Origin: Vicugna vicugna
Taxonomy: Eukaryota
Assembly: GCA_013265495.1 (NCBI GenBank)
Contig: MU057560.1
Coordinates: forward strand, 382,753-444,752
DNA length: 62,000 bases
Direction: 5' to 3'
In this document: piece after piece, positions 12,461 to 25,511 of the stretch
Layout of the letters: each line of letters starts with the position of its first letter
Position numbering within the stretch: position 1 is the stretch's first letter
The notes under the pieces: generated by a model
The model's input: the letters and a program-made list of their open reading frames with translations, nothing else
Database searches by the model: none
Told to the model about the DNA's origin: nothing
Made by a program: the position numbers and the translations under genes

Positions 12461-15400
12461 TTTGAAAAATGTGTCTCCTGTTTTGAAAATAAACTGAGGT
12501 GACGGTCCTGATGGTGTCAGAAAAGAGAAGCGGCCTGTATTCAGATACTCACGGCAGTGTTTCCTGTATCTCTCTGTGGCCCCACGTCCACGTGCGTTTT
12601 CCTCACAGACAAGATCCTTCATGGAGAGATCGTTGAAGATCCTCACGAAGTGTCTACCATGTGAGGGGACAAGCATATTTTCATCTGTCACTCACTCAGG
12701 CTTTCTCTCTCTTCGGCTTTCTTGCGTCTCCTGCCATAGAAAAATAACATATAAGGGATTTTTAACAAAGGAAATACCAACCACATAGGTACCACCATCA
12801 TGAAGTCTGCAGAGAGAGGGAAGAGGGGCCATGAAGAATAGCAGATGAACCTGGATCTGGAGACACTTTCTGGCATGAAATCTCCACTCAGCATCTAATT
12901 ACAGGACCCAGTGCTAGTTTCCAAAGTTTTTTGATTTTCTTTTAAGTCTATAAAATTATAATAAATCAGATTGGATGGAGGTGAATTACAAGGTGGCCTG
13001 GCACTTGTCATTAACATGTATATAATTTGTAATGACTGCTTTTTTTCACCCAGATCTTTTAGTTGCTCCCTTGTGGTTGCACCTCAGTCATTTCCATGGG
13101 AAAATACTGGATAATTCCTCTGTGAGCATCTTTTTTGTACAAAAGCAAAATCAGACAATCCTGTGGGGCGTCGGCAAGGAGAAAAGGCCAGGGTGTGTGG
13201 AGTACCTTCCATTTTCTTGGCCATGAAGCGAATCCCCAGAGAACGCACAAGCTCGTGCTCGCCCCTGCTCAGAAAGAATGCACGTGGCTGGTTTATTGCT
13301 CTAGCACCGAGGGAGCAGGCGAGGATGGGCCTTTGATGACAGGCAACAGTAGGAAGGAATTTCAAAGAACTGAAAATCAAAACCCTGCTTCCTGGGGATT
13401 AATGACAGAGGTAAGATGTTTAGGCTGCTTTTCAGAAAGCTCCTTTTGTATTGAGATTTTTTTTTTAACAGGGTAATAACACTGCATTATTTTAAATAAT
13501 CAATAGTTCTTTTGACAAAATAATAATCATATGCAGGGAGATTTGGAATGAAAAGATCTCATAATGAATGTATGAGAACCCTAAGCGCTGGGGCACCCAT
13601 TAACACTCCTGTCTAATTCTAAGGTAGCAAAGTGTCTGTTAAAAACCTCATTTTCCACCTTGAAGATTTTCAGTACTTGCAAGTATATCATATCCTCCCC
13701 ACAAATCTCAAAAAATGCCCTGCTATTTTCTTCAAAGAATCTGACAATAACTTTGGCATCTAATTGTGGGTGTGCTGGGCCTCACTGTGTTCATGCTTCA
13801 AAGGAGACGGAGACACTTTTCTTCCTCTGGGAATTTGTATTTAATAATCATCACCCTTCTTTTTTAAAAATTATTTTTTGTAACCAGTTGTACCTGGGGT
13901 TCTGCCCTGGAAAGAAGTCTGGAACCCAGGCCTGGCCAACCTCAAGCCCTTTCCACGTGAATGGGACAATTAAAGATTCCACTAGGGTCCGCAGTGACCT
14001 GTCAAGAGGAGGAATCAAAACTTAAGGAAAACGGGAAATCAGCAGCAAAGGCGTGCAGACCAGGGCCTGTAGACGGAGGGAAGGAGCCAGCAGAAACAAC
14101 CTCAAGATGCTGAGAAATGACCGCAGCTGTGTCCTCTCCAAGAGGGACACAACCCAACCTTCTTCTTTCCACCACGTTCCCATTGCGCGAGCCTGGCCAT
14201 ACCCTGAACTTTGCAGAACCCAACATTCTTTGCACACGTAAACACTCAACACTCAATGACTTACTTAATCCTGTCAATCGTCACTAAAATGTAATTATTT
14301 TAGAAACCAGACTGTCTGCATCAGTGCTCTCAGCAGGTCTTCTTTGGGTAAGCCCACTGATAAGGGAAGGCGGATTATAATCAGGAGCAAGGGGGTTAGA
14401 GGAATGGTTCAAACGGTTTGTAGCTCGGGCTGTGGAGAGCCTAATACTATGTCTCTCCGCAAGGGAGAGTTGTTCTTGTCTCAGAGCCCAGAGCTCCAGG
14501 GCTTACGGACCAAGTATGAGACCAGCCGGTGTCTGACCCGCTTTTCCAAGCTTCTCATTAGACCCAACTCCTTTCACAGTAACAGAGGGCTTCTTTAGAT
14601 ATGCAAATACTTCAGTCTGGTTGCAAGCAAGTTTTGACCTTTGTTTCTAGGTGACTTTGCATGGCCCTGCCTGGTGCATGATGTGTTGATTTACAGTCTA
14701 TCTCCCAGGGGACAGCCTTATAGGTCCAAGGTATTTGCCAGACCTCACTGTCACCCCCTTGTACTGACTGCAAGAGCTTCAGAACATGCAGCAAAATGCC
14801 AGTATCTGAGTAGGAGAGCTTGAATTCTGTCACCAAGCCAGCCCCCTGGGGCGGGGGGAGCACCCAGACCTGTGTGCCCCTCCATCTCCCAGCTGCTCCA
14901 CCAGGTGATGCTTGGGTCAAGTTGACAGATTTTCTAGGAAGTTCTGTTCAGTGAACCTTCTGTGACCTACCTTCTGTCACTCTGAGTGCTCTGAACAGTC
15001 TCTACCCCTGACCAGAGTTTACACTTGACATCAATCCTGCTGCCACACACTGTCTTGGGAGGAGAAGCGATTGGGAAAGGTGACTAAAGGGTCACGAGCC
15101 ATTCCCACAATTCAGCCGCTCTGTCTATACACAACTGAGACATGTATGCCCAGGAGGTTGTGGTCCTTCCTGGGGTCCCGGAGATTTGCAGACAAGCTTC
15201 TTAAAAGGCTGTGCAGGAAAGGGATTGGCTGCATAGCCAGCAGCTTCCTGATATAAGCGTCTGCTTAGAGACGTTTTAGAGTTTTTCCATCATCCTGCTG
15301 ATGGGTAAAAATATCTTTGACCAGGTAGCACTTTTATGTGAAGGGACTTTGCCCCTAAAAAATGCTGGGAGATTAACCAGTCTCTGACTGTGATGTTTTG

Positions 15401-16196
15401 TGGTTCAAGACTTGTCATTCTCAGATAAAAATGTGGTGGAAAGCTGTGCTCTCGGAACAGCTCCTTTGTGCCAGGAATTGTATGCAGCCGTTCGCAGAAG
15501 TTCTTTAAATTAATCTCTACAATAGACCAGGTTGGTTGTGCTGTTGTGCTTCCACTGAGGAAGAAAGTGAAGGAGTGAATCACTCACCTAAATTCACGCA
15601 ACTATTAAACAGCAGGTCTGGAAATTGATCTGGTTCTGATATCAAAAACACCTCTTTTCCCTTTTGGGTAATTTGCTCAGTGAAAATTTGCCCCCTCGAG
15701 GGAAAAAAAAAAAAAGGATGGAAGAAAGAAATAAGAGAGAGAAAGGAAGAACAGAAAGAGGGGAAACATTCACGGTAGACCCCAGAGGCCCTCCCCTAGG
15801 GACCCGCAGCAGTGAGCCCCTGCAGCCGTTCACAGGCAGTCACTCCCCCCAGGAACCTAGCTCCACTGCCCACCCCTAACGTGCAACAGATGACCTCAGT
15901 TCCAGCCCATGCGCTCCATGCGCCCTGCCCGCCTGCATTTTCACACACAATACAGTAACCATCCCTTTTCCGTGAAAAGAACTTCCCTTTCCTCTCCCTT
16001 CTCACACCGCCTTGAACCATGTTATTGAGAATAACCATAATCACCACATGGTCACAGAGTGCTACCCTTGAGGTGAAAACTCCGCTATCTAATGGAGATG
16101 GTGGCGAGTTGTTCAAGACACTAGGCTCTGGCTGTAAGTCAGAGTCCCATCCTTAGGGAATTAGGTCTAGTTAGTTGCTGGACTTGGAGAAAATCT

Positions 16197-16857
16197 CTTT
16201 TTTTTAAATTTATTTATGTATTTATTTATTATTTTTATTGAAGCATAGTCAGTTTACAATGTTGTGTAGGAAAACAGTATGGAGATTCTTAAAAAGCTAA
16301 AAATAGACTTACCAAATGACCAGCAATCCCATTCCTGGGCATATATCTGGAGGAAAGTAATTTGAAAAGACGCATTCACCCCAATGTTCACAACAGCACT
16401 ATTTACAAGATATGGAAGCAACCTGAATGCCCATCAACTCATGAATGAATAAGAAAGTTGTGGTATGTACACACAATGGAACACTACTCAGCCATAAAAA
16501 AGAATAAAATAATGCCACTTGCTGCAACATGGATGGACCTGGAGAATGTCATTCTAAGTCAAGTAAGCCAGACAGAGAAAGAAAAATACCATATGACATC
16601 ATTTATATGTGGAATCAAAACAAAAATGACACAAATGAACTTATTTACAAAACAGAAACAGACTCACAGACATAGAAAGCAAACTATGGTTACCAGGGGG
16701 AGAAGAGGGTGGGAAGAAATAAATTGGGAGTTTGGGATTTGCAGATACTAACTACTAAACATATAAAATAAATAAACAGCAAAGTTCTACTGTACAGCAC
16801 AAGGAACTATATTCAGTACCTTACAATAACCTATAATGAAAAAGAATATGGAAAGGA

Positions 16858-16900
<43 letters not shown>

Positions 16901-16924
16901 ACTGAATCAGTATGCTGTGTACCA
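16197..16924 (-). mobile_element. Young LINE-1 with twin-priming 5' inversion
   Basis: T-rich tail plus reverse-complemented L1 terminus (16197-16267), then a plus-oriented ORF2-end/3'UTR block (16268-16924; ORF 16458-16751 reads YSAIKKNKIMPLAATWMDLE). TSD gagaaaatct at 16187-16196 and 16925-16934. Confidence 0.9.
16867..16896 (+). repeat. (TG)15 microsatellite within the L1 3'UTR
   Basis: Read directly; preceded by a short (TA)n. Confidence 0.95.
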
Positions 16925-17904
16925 GAGAAAATCTTTTTCCCTCTGAACTTCATGCATAAGAACGGAAATACTTCCTGTCTTGAAGTTTTGCTATGAAGAA
17001 AATAGATGACACATTAAGTATGTCTAATTTTGCACATAATAGATTCTCACTAAAAGGTGGTAATTCTTATTTCTATTCATCTCAGTCATTTATTATAGCT
17101 AGAACACTCATATACATGACAGCAGTTTAAAATGTCACGATATGTTTAACTTGCGATTCCAACCAGACCGATGAAAGCAGAAATCTGTCTCCTGCTTCCT
17201 CTCTGCAGATGATACTGTATTTTGCCCCATTTGTTTTCTCCTTTCCACCTCGAGTCTCTTGGGAACTTTCCCCTCCTCTTCTACCTCCTACCTCGGAGAA
17301 AGTAGGGCCCCACCACCTGCCCAAAGTCTACGTTCTCTCGCCTTGAGTCCACCCACCTGCCTGCTCCAGCCCCGGGACTGTCAACCTCTCCCGCTCTGAT
17401 CCCCTCCTGACGTCTTTGATGCGTGCAAAGACGTCTGGGAGAGAGAGAATCTCAAGAAACTCTTGTGTTAAGCCTTCCCGGTGCGCGATCACACTTGCAG
17501 CAGCAGGGCATCCTGGGGCCAGAAACTCACCAAAATAGTTTTATTCCCGGCACTTACCAAGCAGTACCGCAAGCCCTTCCAGGCTAAACCCATCTTCTGC
17601 TCGCTCACCTGGTCTGTGGCCTTGGAGAAGGGCCTCTGCATATTTATGGAATTCTTACTCCCTGTCACTGATGATCCCTGGCATGTTGCCAGAGATGACG
17701 TGAGTTTTAGCTCCTGAGGCAGACCAGAGAATGAGGCACAGGAACCTGCCCACCTGGGAGCTGCCGGGGCCTCCCACAGCCCAGAATTCACGTGTTGTAA
17801 ACGCGCCTCTCGTTGTCGAATGGGAAAGCCGAGGCCGCACGGTCGGCTGCTGGACGCGATTTGCTTGTTGTCTTAAAACTAAGCCGAGAGGTGAGCGGCA
17901 CACG

Positions 17905-18110
17905 GCCTCTGGGTCAGGATTCTGGAGCCCGAGTGCTCGGATTCAGGGCTGTTCTGTCCAGTTCTGTTGAGCATCAGTTGCAATGCCCTTGGGCAGATTA
18001 TTTAACTTCTCTGGGCTCCAGTTTTCCGGAGTGGGGAAAGAGATTTGTACATCTGTTGCAAAGAGTAAATGAATCACGACCTGTACGTCACTTAGAAGGC
18101 AGCCGGCACC
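17905..18110 (+). mobile_element. MIR SINE
   Basis: ctggagcccgagtgctcggattca...cccttgggcagattatttaacttctctgggctccagtttt. Confidence 0.6.
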
Positions 18111-19190
18111 AGAAAGGCGCAGGGGCCATGGCCGTCACTCCTGCTGTGGTGCTGTTGTGGCAGCTGCTCAGCTCCCTTTGAAGGGCGAGACTTTAGGGAC
18201 CCGTGGAGGTGGGTTGGGCCTCGGGGGGGGGGTCACCTGGGGGGCTGTGTCCTTGGAGTTCATCAGTCAGGGCACCTAACACTGACTGCTGATGCAAACT
18301 ATCAAAACCTCGAGGGGACATAAGAGGGTGCGTTTCCCCTGGGGTCACAGATCAGCTGTTTAGCAGTTGCCTTTGTGGTTCAGGATTCTGGCTCCTTCCA
18401 TCTGGTAGTTCCCAGAATCCATTAGGTCCTCCTCACGCTCTTTTGATGGATACCTCCCTTCAGATAGTCAAGGATGAGAGAGGGAGGGAGAGAGGGGAGG
18501 GCTTGGTCACACGGGACATCTCGATCTCCGAGCTCTCAGGTAGTTTACCCTGCACCCTCCTTCCTTCCGTTATCTCACGCTCAGTCACGTGGCCCCCAGC
18601 GAACTGGGTCACTGGGAGAGCAAGTGACGGGTCGGGTTCCAGCCAGTCTCTGTTACAGGGAGGAGCGTGTGGGGGAGGGGACAGCCTTGATGGAAAAGAA
18701 TCGGAGACCCCAGCTGGTCCCCCACGTTATTCTGCGGGGGCTTTCCCTCACTGACACCTTCTCAATAGCTTGGTGCAGCAAAAACATTTTCCAAAAAAGC
18801 ATGTTTGCACCCAACAGACCTACATGTGAATCCCAGACCACTCTTTCTCCAGGGATGAGCCATATGAACTGAAGACTTCACTGAGGCTCAGGTTTACCTC
18901 GTGGACCAGGATGACAAAATTGGCCTTGAAGCATTGTTGTGAGAGCATTGGATGATGCTCTGTAAAGCCGTTTCAGGTATGTTTTCCTGTGGGGAGGTTC
19001 TCAGAGGTTCTGTCAAACCCCCTGCCTTCACGGGTTTCAGTCTCAAGGAAGGGCAGCCGCCAGCTAGTGTGCGCTATTTCTCAGCACTAACTGACACAAA
19101 GAGTGTTTTTAGAGCTTGAAGCAAGACGATACATTTAAAAGCAGGACTTTAGGGAGAAAAAGAGAGAATAAGAGATCTAAAAGATTTTTC

Positions 19191-19331
19191 AGAAAAGGGT
19201 ATAGCTCAAAGTGTTAGAGCAGGCACTTAGCACGCAGGAGGTCCTGGATTCAATCCCCAGCACCTCCTCTAAGAATAAATAAACACACCTAATTACCTAC
19301 CCCCAAAGAAAACAACGAAAAAGTTTTAATT
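19191..19331 (+). mobile_element. Camelid tRNA-derived SINE (Vic-1-like), long form
   Basis: A box (tagctcaaagtg), B box (ggattcaatcc), aataaataaa, cctaattacctacccc tail and A-rich end. Degenerate TSD taaaagatttttc / taaaattttttc. Confidence 0.85.
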
Positions 19332-19459
19332 TAAAATTTTTTCTTTACTATGTCAAGAATCAGATGTGAAAAGGCCAGATCATAGAGGTTTGTACACGGT
19401 GCAGCACATTTCCTTATTTCTGCCCTGACATTTCTGCTTCTGGGCCGTGACACCTACCG

Positions 19460-20600
19460 CCTTAGTGGACGAGGACGGGTTGTCGTGGAGAACTGACAGT
19501 CCCGCGTAGCCCTCTTCCTAGGGCGCCGTGATGGGCGGAGAAGGCCGCAGGGGAAGAGCGAAGACTCCGGGTGTCCCTTGCACCCCAGCACAGTGGGAGA
19601 GGCAGCTGGAGCCACACGCGGGTGGACACGGAGAAGCTCAGGGACAGGGAGGGCGGTGGAATGATGCCAGGGTATCATTTATGTGGAGAGTCAGCTTGAG
19701 CGAGTCCAGGGAAAACCTTTCCAACGGCCACTCGCCTCCCGAGTAGGGAAGGGCCCGGCATCCGCAGCAGCACCTGGAGGCGAGGGGCAGAGTCAGTGCC
19801 ACCTGCTCCCCGTGGTCCGCGTGTGACAGGCCTTCTTATAGCTCAGGTCAGGGGACATGGCCGCCATCAGGGTGAAGAGGCCGAACAGCCTGAGATGGTA
19901 AAACGGGGAAATGCCAGGTACATGCGCTCCACTGGTGAATCCTCGAAACCCAAACGGCCAGATGGGGCCAGCTGCGCCCGAGCTGCCGAGATAACCAAGC
20001 AGGCCGCCACCTGCTGCCCAAGCCAGCGGTGATCGCACCGCGTCTGCTGAACTGAACGCACATGCGCCTTCCGTAGGCGACCCCCCCCTCCGCCCCAGGC
20101 TGCAGGGAAGACTGAGCAATCACAGCCCCCGCACCGACAGATGTGTCATTATTTTAAATAGAAAGTAAACTTTATTTAAATTATGTATCCTCAATAAATT
20201 GAGGAAACTGTGTGGCTTCTCCACCTGAAGATTAAATAAGACGAGGCAAGTGCACGGCCCGAGAACCGCCCCCCGGAGCACAGCGGGGAGGAGCTGCGTG
20301 TCAGGAGCCACCGCTGTGACGTCCAGGAGGGGGCGCCCCGGGCTCCGAGGGACCTGCAGTTCTCCGGGCTTGCGCAGCTGAGCGACCGGTGCTGCCGTCC
20401 ACCCAGAGAAGGGAAAGCAGAGCAGGACAAATCCCAGGAGGGAAGAGGCAGGGGTCACCGTCCGTGAGCTGCTTTTGAAGTACTAAGTGTAAATGCGGAG
20501 CCGCTCCGTGGGAAGCTCTGCGCAGGAGATGCAGTTCAGGAGACGAGTCTGTGCGGACGCTGGTTACAGGCACAGGCGGGGCTGAGACCGCCTGGGGTGC
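19460..20600. promoter_or_regulatory. CpG-rich promoter-like region
   Basis: High CpG density. YY1-like ATGGCCGCCAT (19857), CTCF-like site (20002-20020, minus strand), NRF1-like CGCACATGCGC (20057), GC box CTCCGCCCC (~20088). Confidence 0.55.
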
Positions 20601-21415
20601 AGGACGGGAGGACCAGGCTCAGGTCCTCCCTACCCAGACGGGACAGCCGGGTCATGAGAATGAGGCCACCAAAGGCCAGAGAAGGAGAAAACACGGAGTC
20701 CTGGTCACCAAGGCAGAGACTATTTCAGGAAAAGGACAAACATCTTCAAGGTATGTTTTCAAGAGTCATCTTTTTTTTTTCCATCTCCAAGTAACATCTA
20801 TCTCATCGAGAAAATATATTTGGTTATCTTTTAATAGAATGGAACGTGTGTTTCTATGGGAAGGACTCCATGTAATTTCAGAGTCTCTCGGTGTCAGACT
20901 GAGTGTCAACCTCTCTGAATGCCATTTTTCTAAGCACAAAGTGGGGATTTTAAGAATCACAGGTTCCCCTACAAGGCTGTTGTAAAAGCAATGAGATACT
21001 GTAGACGGAAGCCCTCCTGATGTCGCAGGCCGGTGTGTGCTTGTCTTTATCACCTGCCGTGCCTTCCTCAAGCTCAGGGGCGTGCTCTTATAAAACTGTA
21101 CTGAATAAATTGTCTAATTAGTGAATGAATATATGAAACTTGCTCATTAAGTCTTTCAAATGTGTGATTCATGTACAGAAAGCATGTTTATACTTTACCG
21201 ATATTCCAACAAATTGCCAAGAAAGGAAAACTTTGCTTTTGTTATAGATGGTTTGTCTACGAAGTCATCTTCCAGTCCTTCGTCCTTTTGCCCATTTCAA
21301 GTAGTTCGCACAGTCCTGCGTTTCAGCAGAAAAGAAAACCCTTCGGTGTTGCTTTATAATGAAACTAAGTGCATGATTCACAACTACATTTTTACTTAGT
21401 TAAGAAGTGAACCTC

Positions 21416-22648
21416 TCCAGCATTTATTCTTTGTGGACTTTTGAATGATAGCCATTCTGATATCTCACTGTAGTTTTGATTTGCATTTCTCTGATAATTA
21501 GCGATATTGGGCAGTTTTTCATGTGTCTGTTGGCCATTTGTATGTGTTCATTGGAGAATTGCTTGTTTAGTTCTTCTGCCCATTTTTGGATTGGGTTGTT
21601 TGTTTTTTTCTCATTAAGTTGTATGAGCTGTTTATATATTCTGGAAATTAAGCCCTTGTCAGTCTCATCTTCTGCAAATATTTTCTCCAATTCTGTAGGT
21701 GGTTGTTTTGTTTTGCTTATGTTTCCTTTGCTGTGCAAAAAGCTTTTAAGTTTAATTAGGTCCCATTTGTTTATTTTTACTTTTATTTCTATTGCTTGGG
21801 TAGACTGCCCTAGGAGAGCATTGCTGAGATATATGTGAGATAGTGTTTTAACTATGTTTTCTTCTAGGAGATTTATTGTGTCTTGTTTTAGGTCTTTAAG
21901 CCATTTGAGTTTATTTTTGTGTATGATGTGAGGGAGTGTTCTAACTTCATTGATTTATATGCTGCTGTCCAGCTTTCACTACACCATTTGCTGAAGAGAC
22001 TGTCTTTTTTCCATTGTATGTTCTTGCCTCTTTTGTCAAAGGTTTGACCAAAACCATAAATCCTGGAGAGGCTGTGAAGAAAAGGGAACCCTCCTACACT
22101 GTTGGTGGGAATGTAGTTAAAGAAGTTGTAGTATATTTATACAATGGAATACTACTCAGCCATAAACAATAATGAAATAATGCCATTTGCAGCAACATGG
22201 ATGGACCTGGAGAATGTCATTCTAAGTGAAGTAAGCAAGAAAGAGAAATAAAAATATCATATGAGATCACTCATATGTGGAATCGAAAAAAAAATAGACA
22301 AATGAACTTATTTACAAAACAGAAACAGACTCACAGACATAGAAAACAAACTTATGGTTACCAGCGAGGGAAGGGAGTGGGAAGGGATAAATTGGGAGTT
22401 CAAGATTTGCAGATACTGACTGGTATATATAAAATAGATAAACAAGTTTATACTATATAGCACAGGGAACTATATTCAAAACTATATTCAATGTCTTGTA
22501 GCAGCTTATGGTGAAAAACAATAGGAAAAATATATGTTTATTCATGTATGACTGAAGCTTTGTAATGTACACCAGAAATTGACACAACATTGTAAACTGA
22601 CTATACTTCAATAAAAAAATACAAAAAAATAAAATAAATGAAAAAAAT
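21416..22648 (+). mobile_element. Young LINE-1 with twin-priming 5' inversion
   Basis: Inverted ORF2 block 21416-~22050 (ORF 21424-21738 minus: EKIFA...[12 protein letters not shown]...NNPIQKWA...REMQIKTT). Sense block 22056-22648 ends in an A-rich tail. TSD aagtgaacctc at 21405-21415 and 22649-22659. Confidence 0.95.
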
Positions 22649-25511
22649 AAGTGAACCTCCCTAAAGAGAAATTGTGCAATTTGAAATACCAGTCCCAATT
22701 AGCCAAGCTTCCAAGCTCTACGCTTCTTACTTGGTTTTCAATTTTTTTTCAGATGTATTTTTACATTCTACTTGCAATTTAGTGATTCATATCTTTACCA
22801 ATCAATCATCTGTTTTTAAAAATCTATCGACCTACCTTATTTATCTTACTGGAACATCAAGTCTGTAAGAGAGATAGCAAAAATACTGTCTGCATAATCT
22901 ACCTTCATTTTAGAATTTTCCCAGCTACTTCACACAACATGCTTGTTAAAGAAATGTTTGTTCAATGAATGAAAAAAATGAGTAGGTGAGTAGACAAATG
23001 TCAAAGAAAGAGCAAACTTGTGCTAATTTACACTTTTCTGTTTTTCAGAGTCAGACTAAGTAGTAGAACTAATGTGATGGGCAGCATTGCTTATATCTCA
23101 ACACGTATTTTTTTTTATTATTCTGGGCAGGAGAAGAGCTACATGGAAAGAGACAATCCATGAAAGCGACTAGCCCTTACTTTCCTCCTGTTTTTTCCTG
23201 GGTGTGGAACTCCCACTACTCAGGAATTCATGTTCCTATGTGGCCCTGGGCTCTGTTGAAAGCATGTTGTTTCTCTCTAAAATGCTTTAACCTTTTTTTG
23301 ACACTTGAAGATCAAAATTTAAGGCCTTTTAATTTCTAAGATTTAGGATCAGGTCCAGTAAACATAACGCCATCTGACAACATAAATTCTTTCAAATCTT
23401 CTCTGTTTCTGTCAGAGGGAGACACATGCCACAGGTTAGCAATTTGCCTGTCAAGAATCTCTCAGCCTTTTCTCCGCCTATTTGAACTGCCTCCAAGTAC
23501 ATCGTGAAGGCATTACGTACCTTTTCACTTCTCTCTGATTTGAGAATCACAAAACCCTAAAGGGTCTTTAATTTTGAAAAGGCTGTGTATTTTATTTTAT
23601 TTTATTTTTTCTTGAAATTATATATCCTTAAACAGATTTTGTTTTACGCCAGGTCATCTTGATGCAACTCTTGATGTGAAAATCTGGTGAGTTTTTTTAA
23701 ATCAGTGGCAATTATTTATCTGATTTGTATTTTCAGCCAAAAGAGAGGGACAGTTCTTGACTGTTAATAAACTAATCTTGTGTTGTCTCTTATTTTAAAG
23801 TTTAAAAAAAATATTTCATAACATTGACTCATTTGGTCTGTGATCAGAAGAACAGAGATCCATTGTGCCACATTAGAAACAGGGAAATAAAGTTCAGAGG
23901 GGTTAGGTGACTCTCCTGAGCTCACAAAGCTATTGGCAGAAATGTGCGTGGCACATGACGCTCCTCTGTCTTGTTCTGACACTTGCTGCACGAGGTGCTG
24001 TCACAGCCTCCAGCTCTCCAAGGCCCCGTGGAGAAAATAAAGGTGCTTCTGCTCCAGGGCTGATCCTGCATGGGGGCTGGGCTCCACTCAACGCCTTCCA
24101 GGTTAAGATGCTGCTCATTGCTATAAGATATTCTCTATAATTAAAGCAATTCCAGACAGTTTCTGTCACTTGCCAGTCGATGTTTATCATAAACACTATA
24201 TGAAAAAGGGTTGGAATGCAAAGGATTCCAATTTTCTCATCAGTCCTATCTACCTTCATGAACTTGCACAGGTGGGAAATTAGGTAGGAGACATTCCTCC
24301 CACAAGGACCAAAGCATGTGGGGGGGAAGTGCACGTGCCGGGCTCTCTTCGAGATGCTGGGGAAGTGTGGGGAGCAAGGCCGAGAGGCTTTTGCCAACAC
24401 GTTCTCGTGGAAGGAGGGTGACATGAATGCTATTTACTCCAACTGTCCTCTCTCCGCAGGGACAGCTATGACGCCCTGTTTGCAGGGGACTCGGGGCGCC
24501 GGACTACATCATGGCTCTGCCTTGTGTCTTCAGTTAACTCTCTGCTTGCAGCTGAGGTATTTAAATACATTGGCTGCCAGTCTTGTGTCTACAATGATGT
24601 GCCTGTGACCATTTCTAGGTCTCTTCTGTTCTGATACCTGATGCTCCCTTGGTGCGGAGAAGCAGGCTCTCTGAGAAAGAGCAGCCCCAGCGGAAGGCAG
24701 AGCGAGGTCCTGGAGACGTCCCTGCAGCGCATGGCCCCGGGGCCATCCTTTCCTCTGTGCTCATGGCCTCCTGGCCTTTCAGTACTGGGTCAGGGGTGAG
24801 ACGGTGCCCCAGAGACTCATACTCATTTCTCTCAAACTGAGCTCAAACAGGAGTCACAAAAATGATGAAAGGGTAGGGAAATAGGACCTCAGGGGGGGTA
24901 TCGGGGAAATGGATGATTTGGCCTGGAGAAAGAAAAGCTGGGGGTGACCTCATGAAAGTCTAACTTGACAGCAGGTTAAAGGCAAAGTTCTTGAACAGGG
25001 AAAGTGATGGGCTGTGGGAGGCACCATCAGGGAGCAGCTCTTGGAGGCTGGCTATGAGCATCCTGAGCGGCAGGCACGGCTGGCCGGCACTGAGCGCCCT
25101 GAGCGCCCTGAGCTCGGACCTGGGTGAAAAGCCTCCAGCTGAGAGTGGAGCCCCAGGGACCTCTGGTGCAGCTGGGTCTCCTGCTCCACCAGAAGGTCAG
25201 CTCAGGCTCAGAGAAGAACCAGACGGGCACTGCATCTCTCTGAAGAACATCTGACCGAAGCCCTCCGTTAGGTGTTTGCTCCATTCCCACCATCAACAAC
25301 GCAACTCACCAGACATCCATGAGTACTTCTTATGTTTCATGTTGATCTTCATTTTTTGTAGTCTTCTTCGGATTGTCTGATTTTTTTTTCTAATCTGTTA
25401 TATATAATAAAAAGCAAAACATTTTGATTTATTCTCTGGCATATAAAAAGATGAGATGATCTGTGTGATTTCAGGGCGCCTCACAAAAATGTGTTATCAT
25501 GTAGATAAAGG

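Noticed and set aside
21424..21738. ORFs with real protein similarity (also 16458-16751, 22275-22460)
   Set aside because: Fragments of L1 ORF2 or 3'UTR in truncated elements, not host genes.
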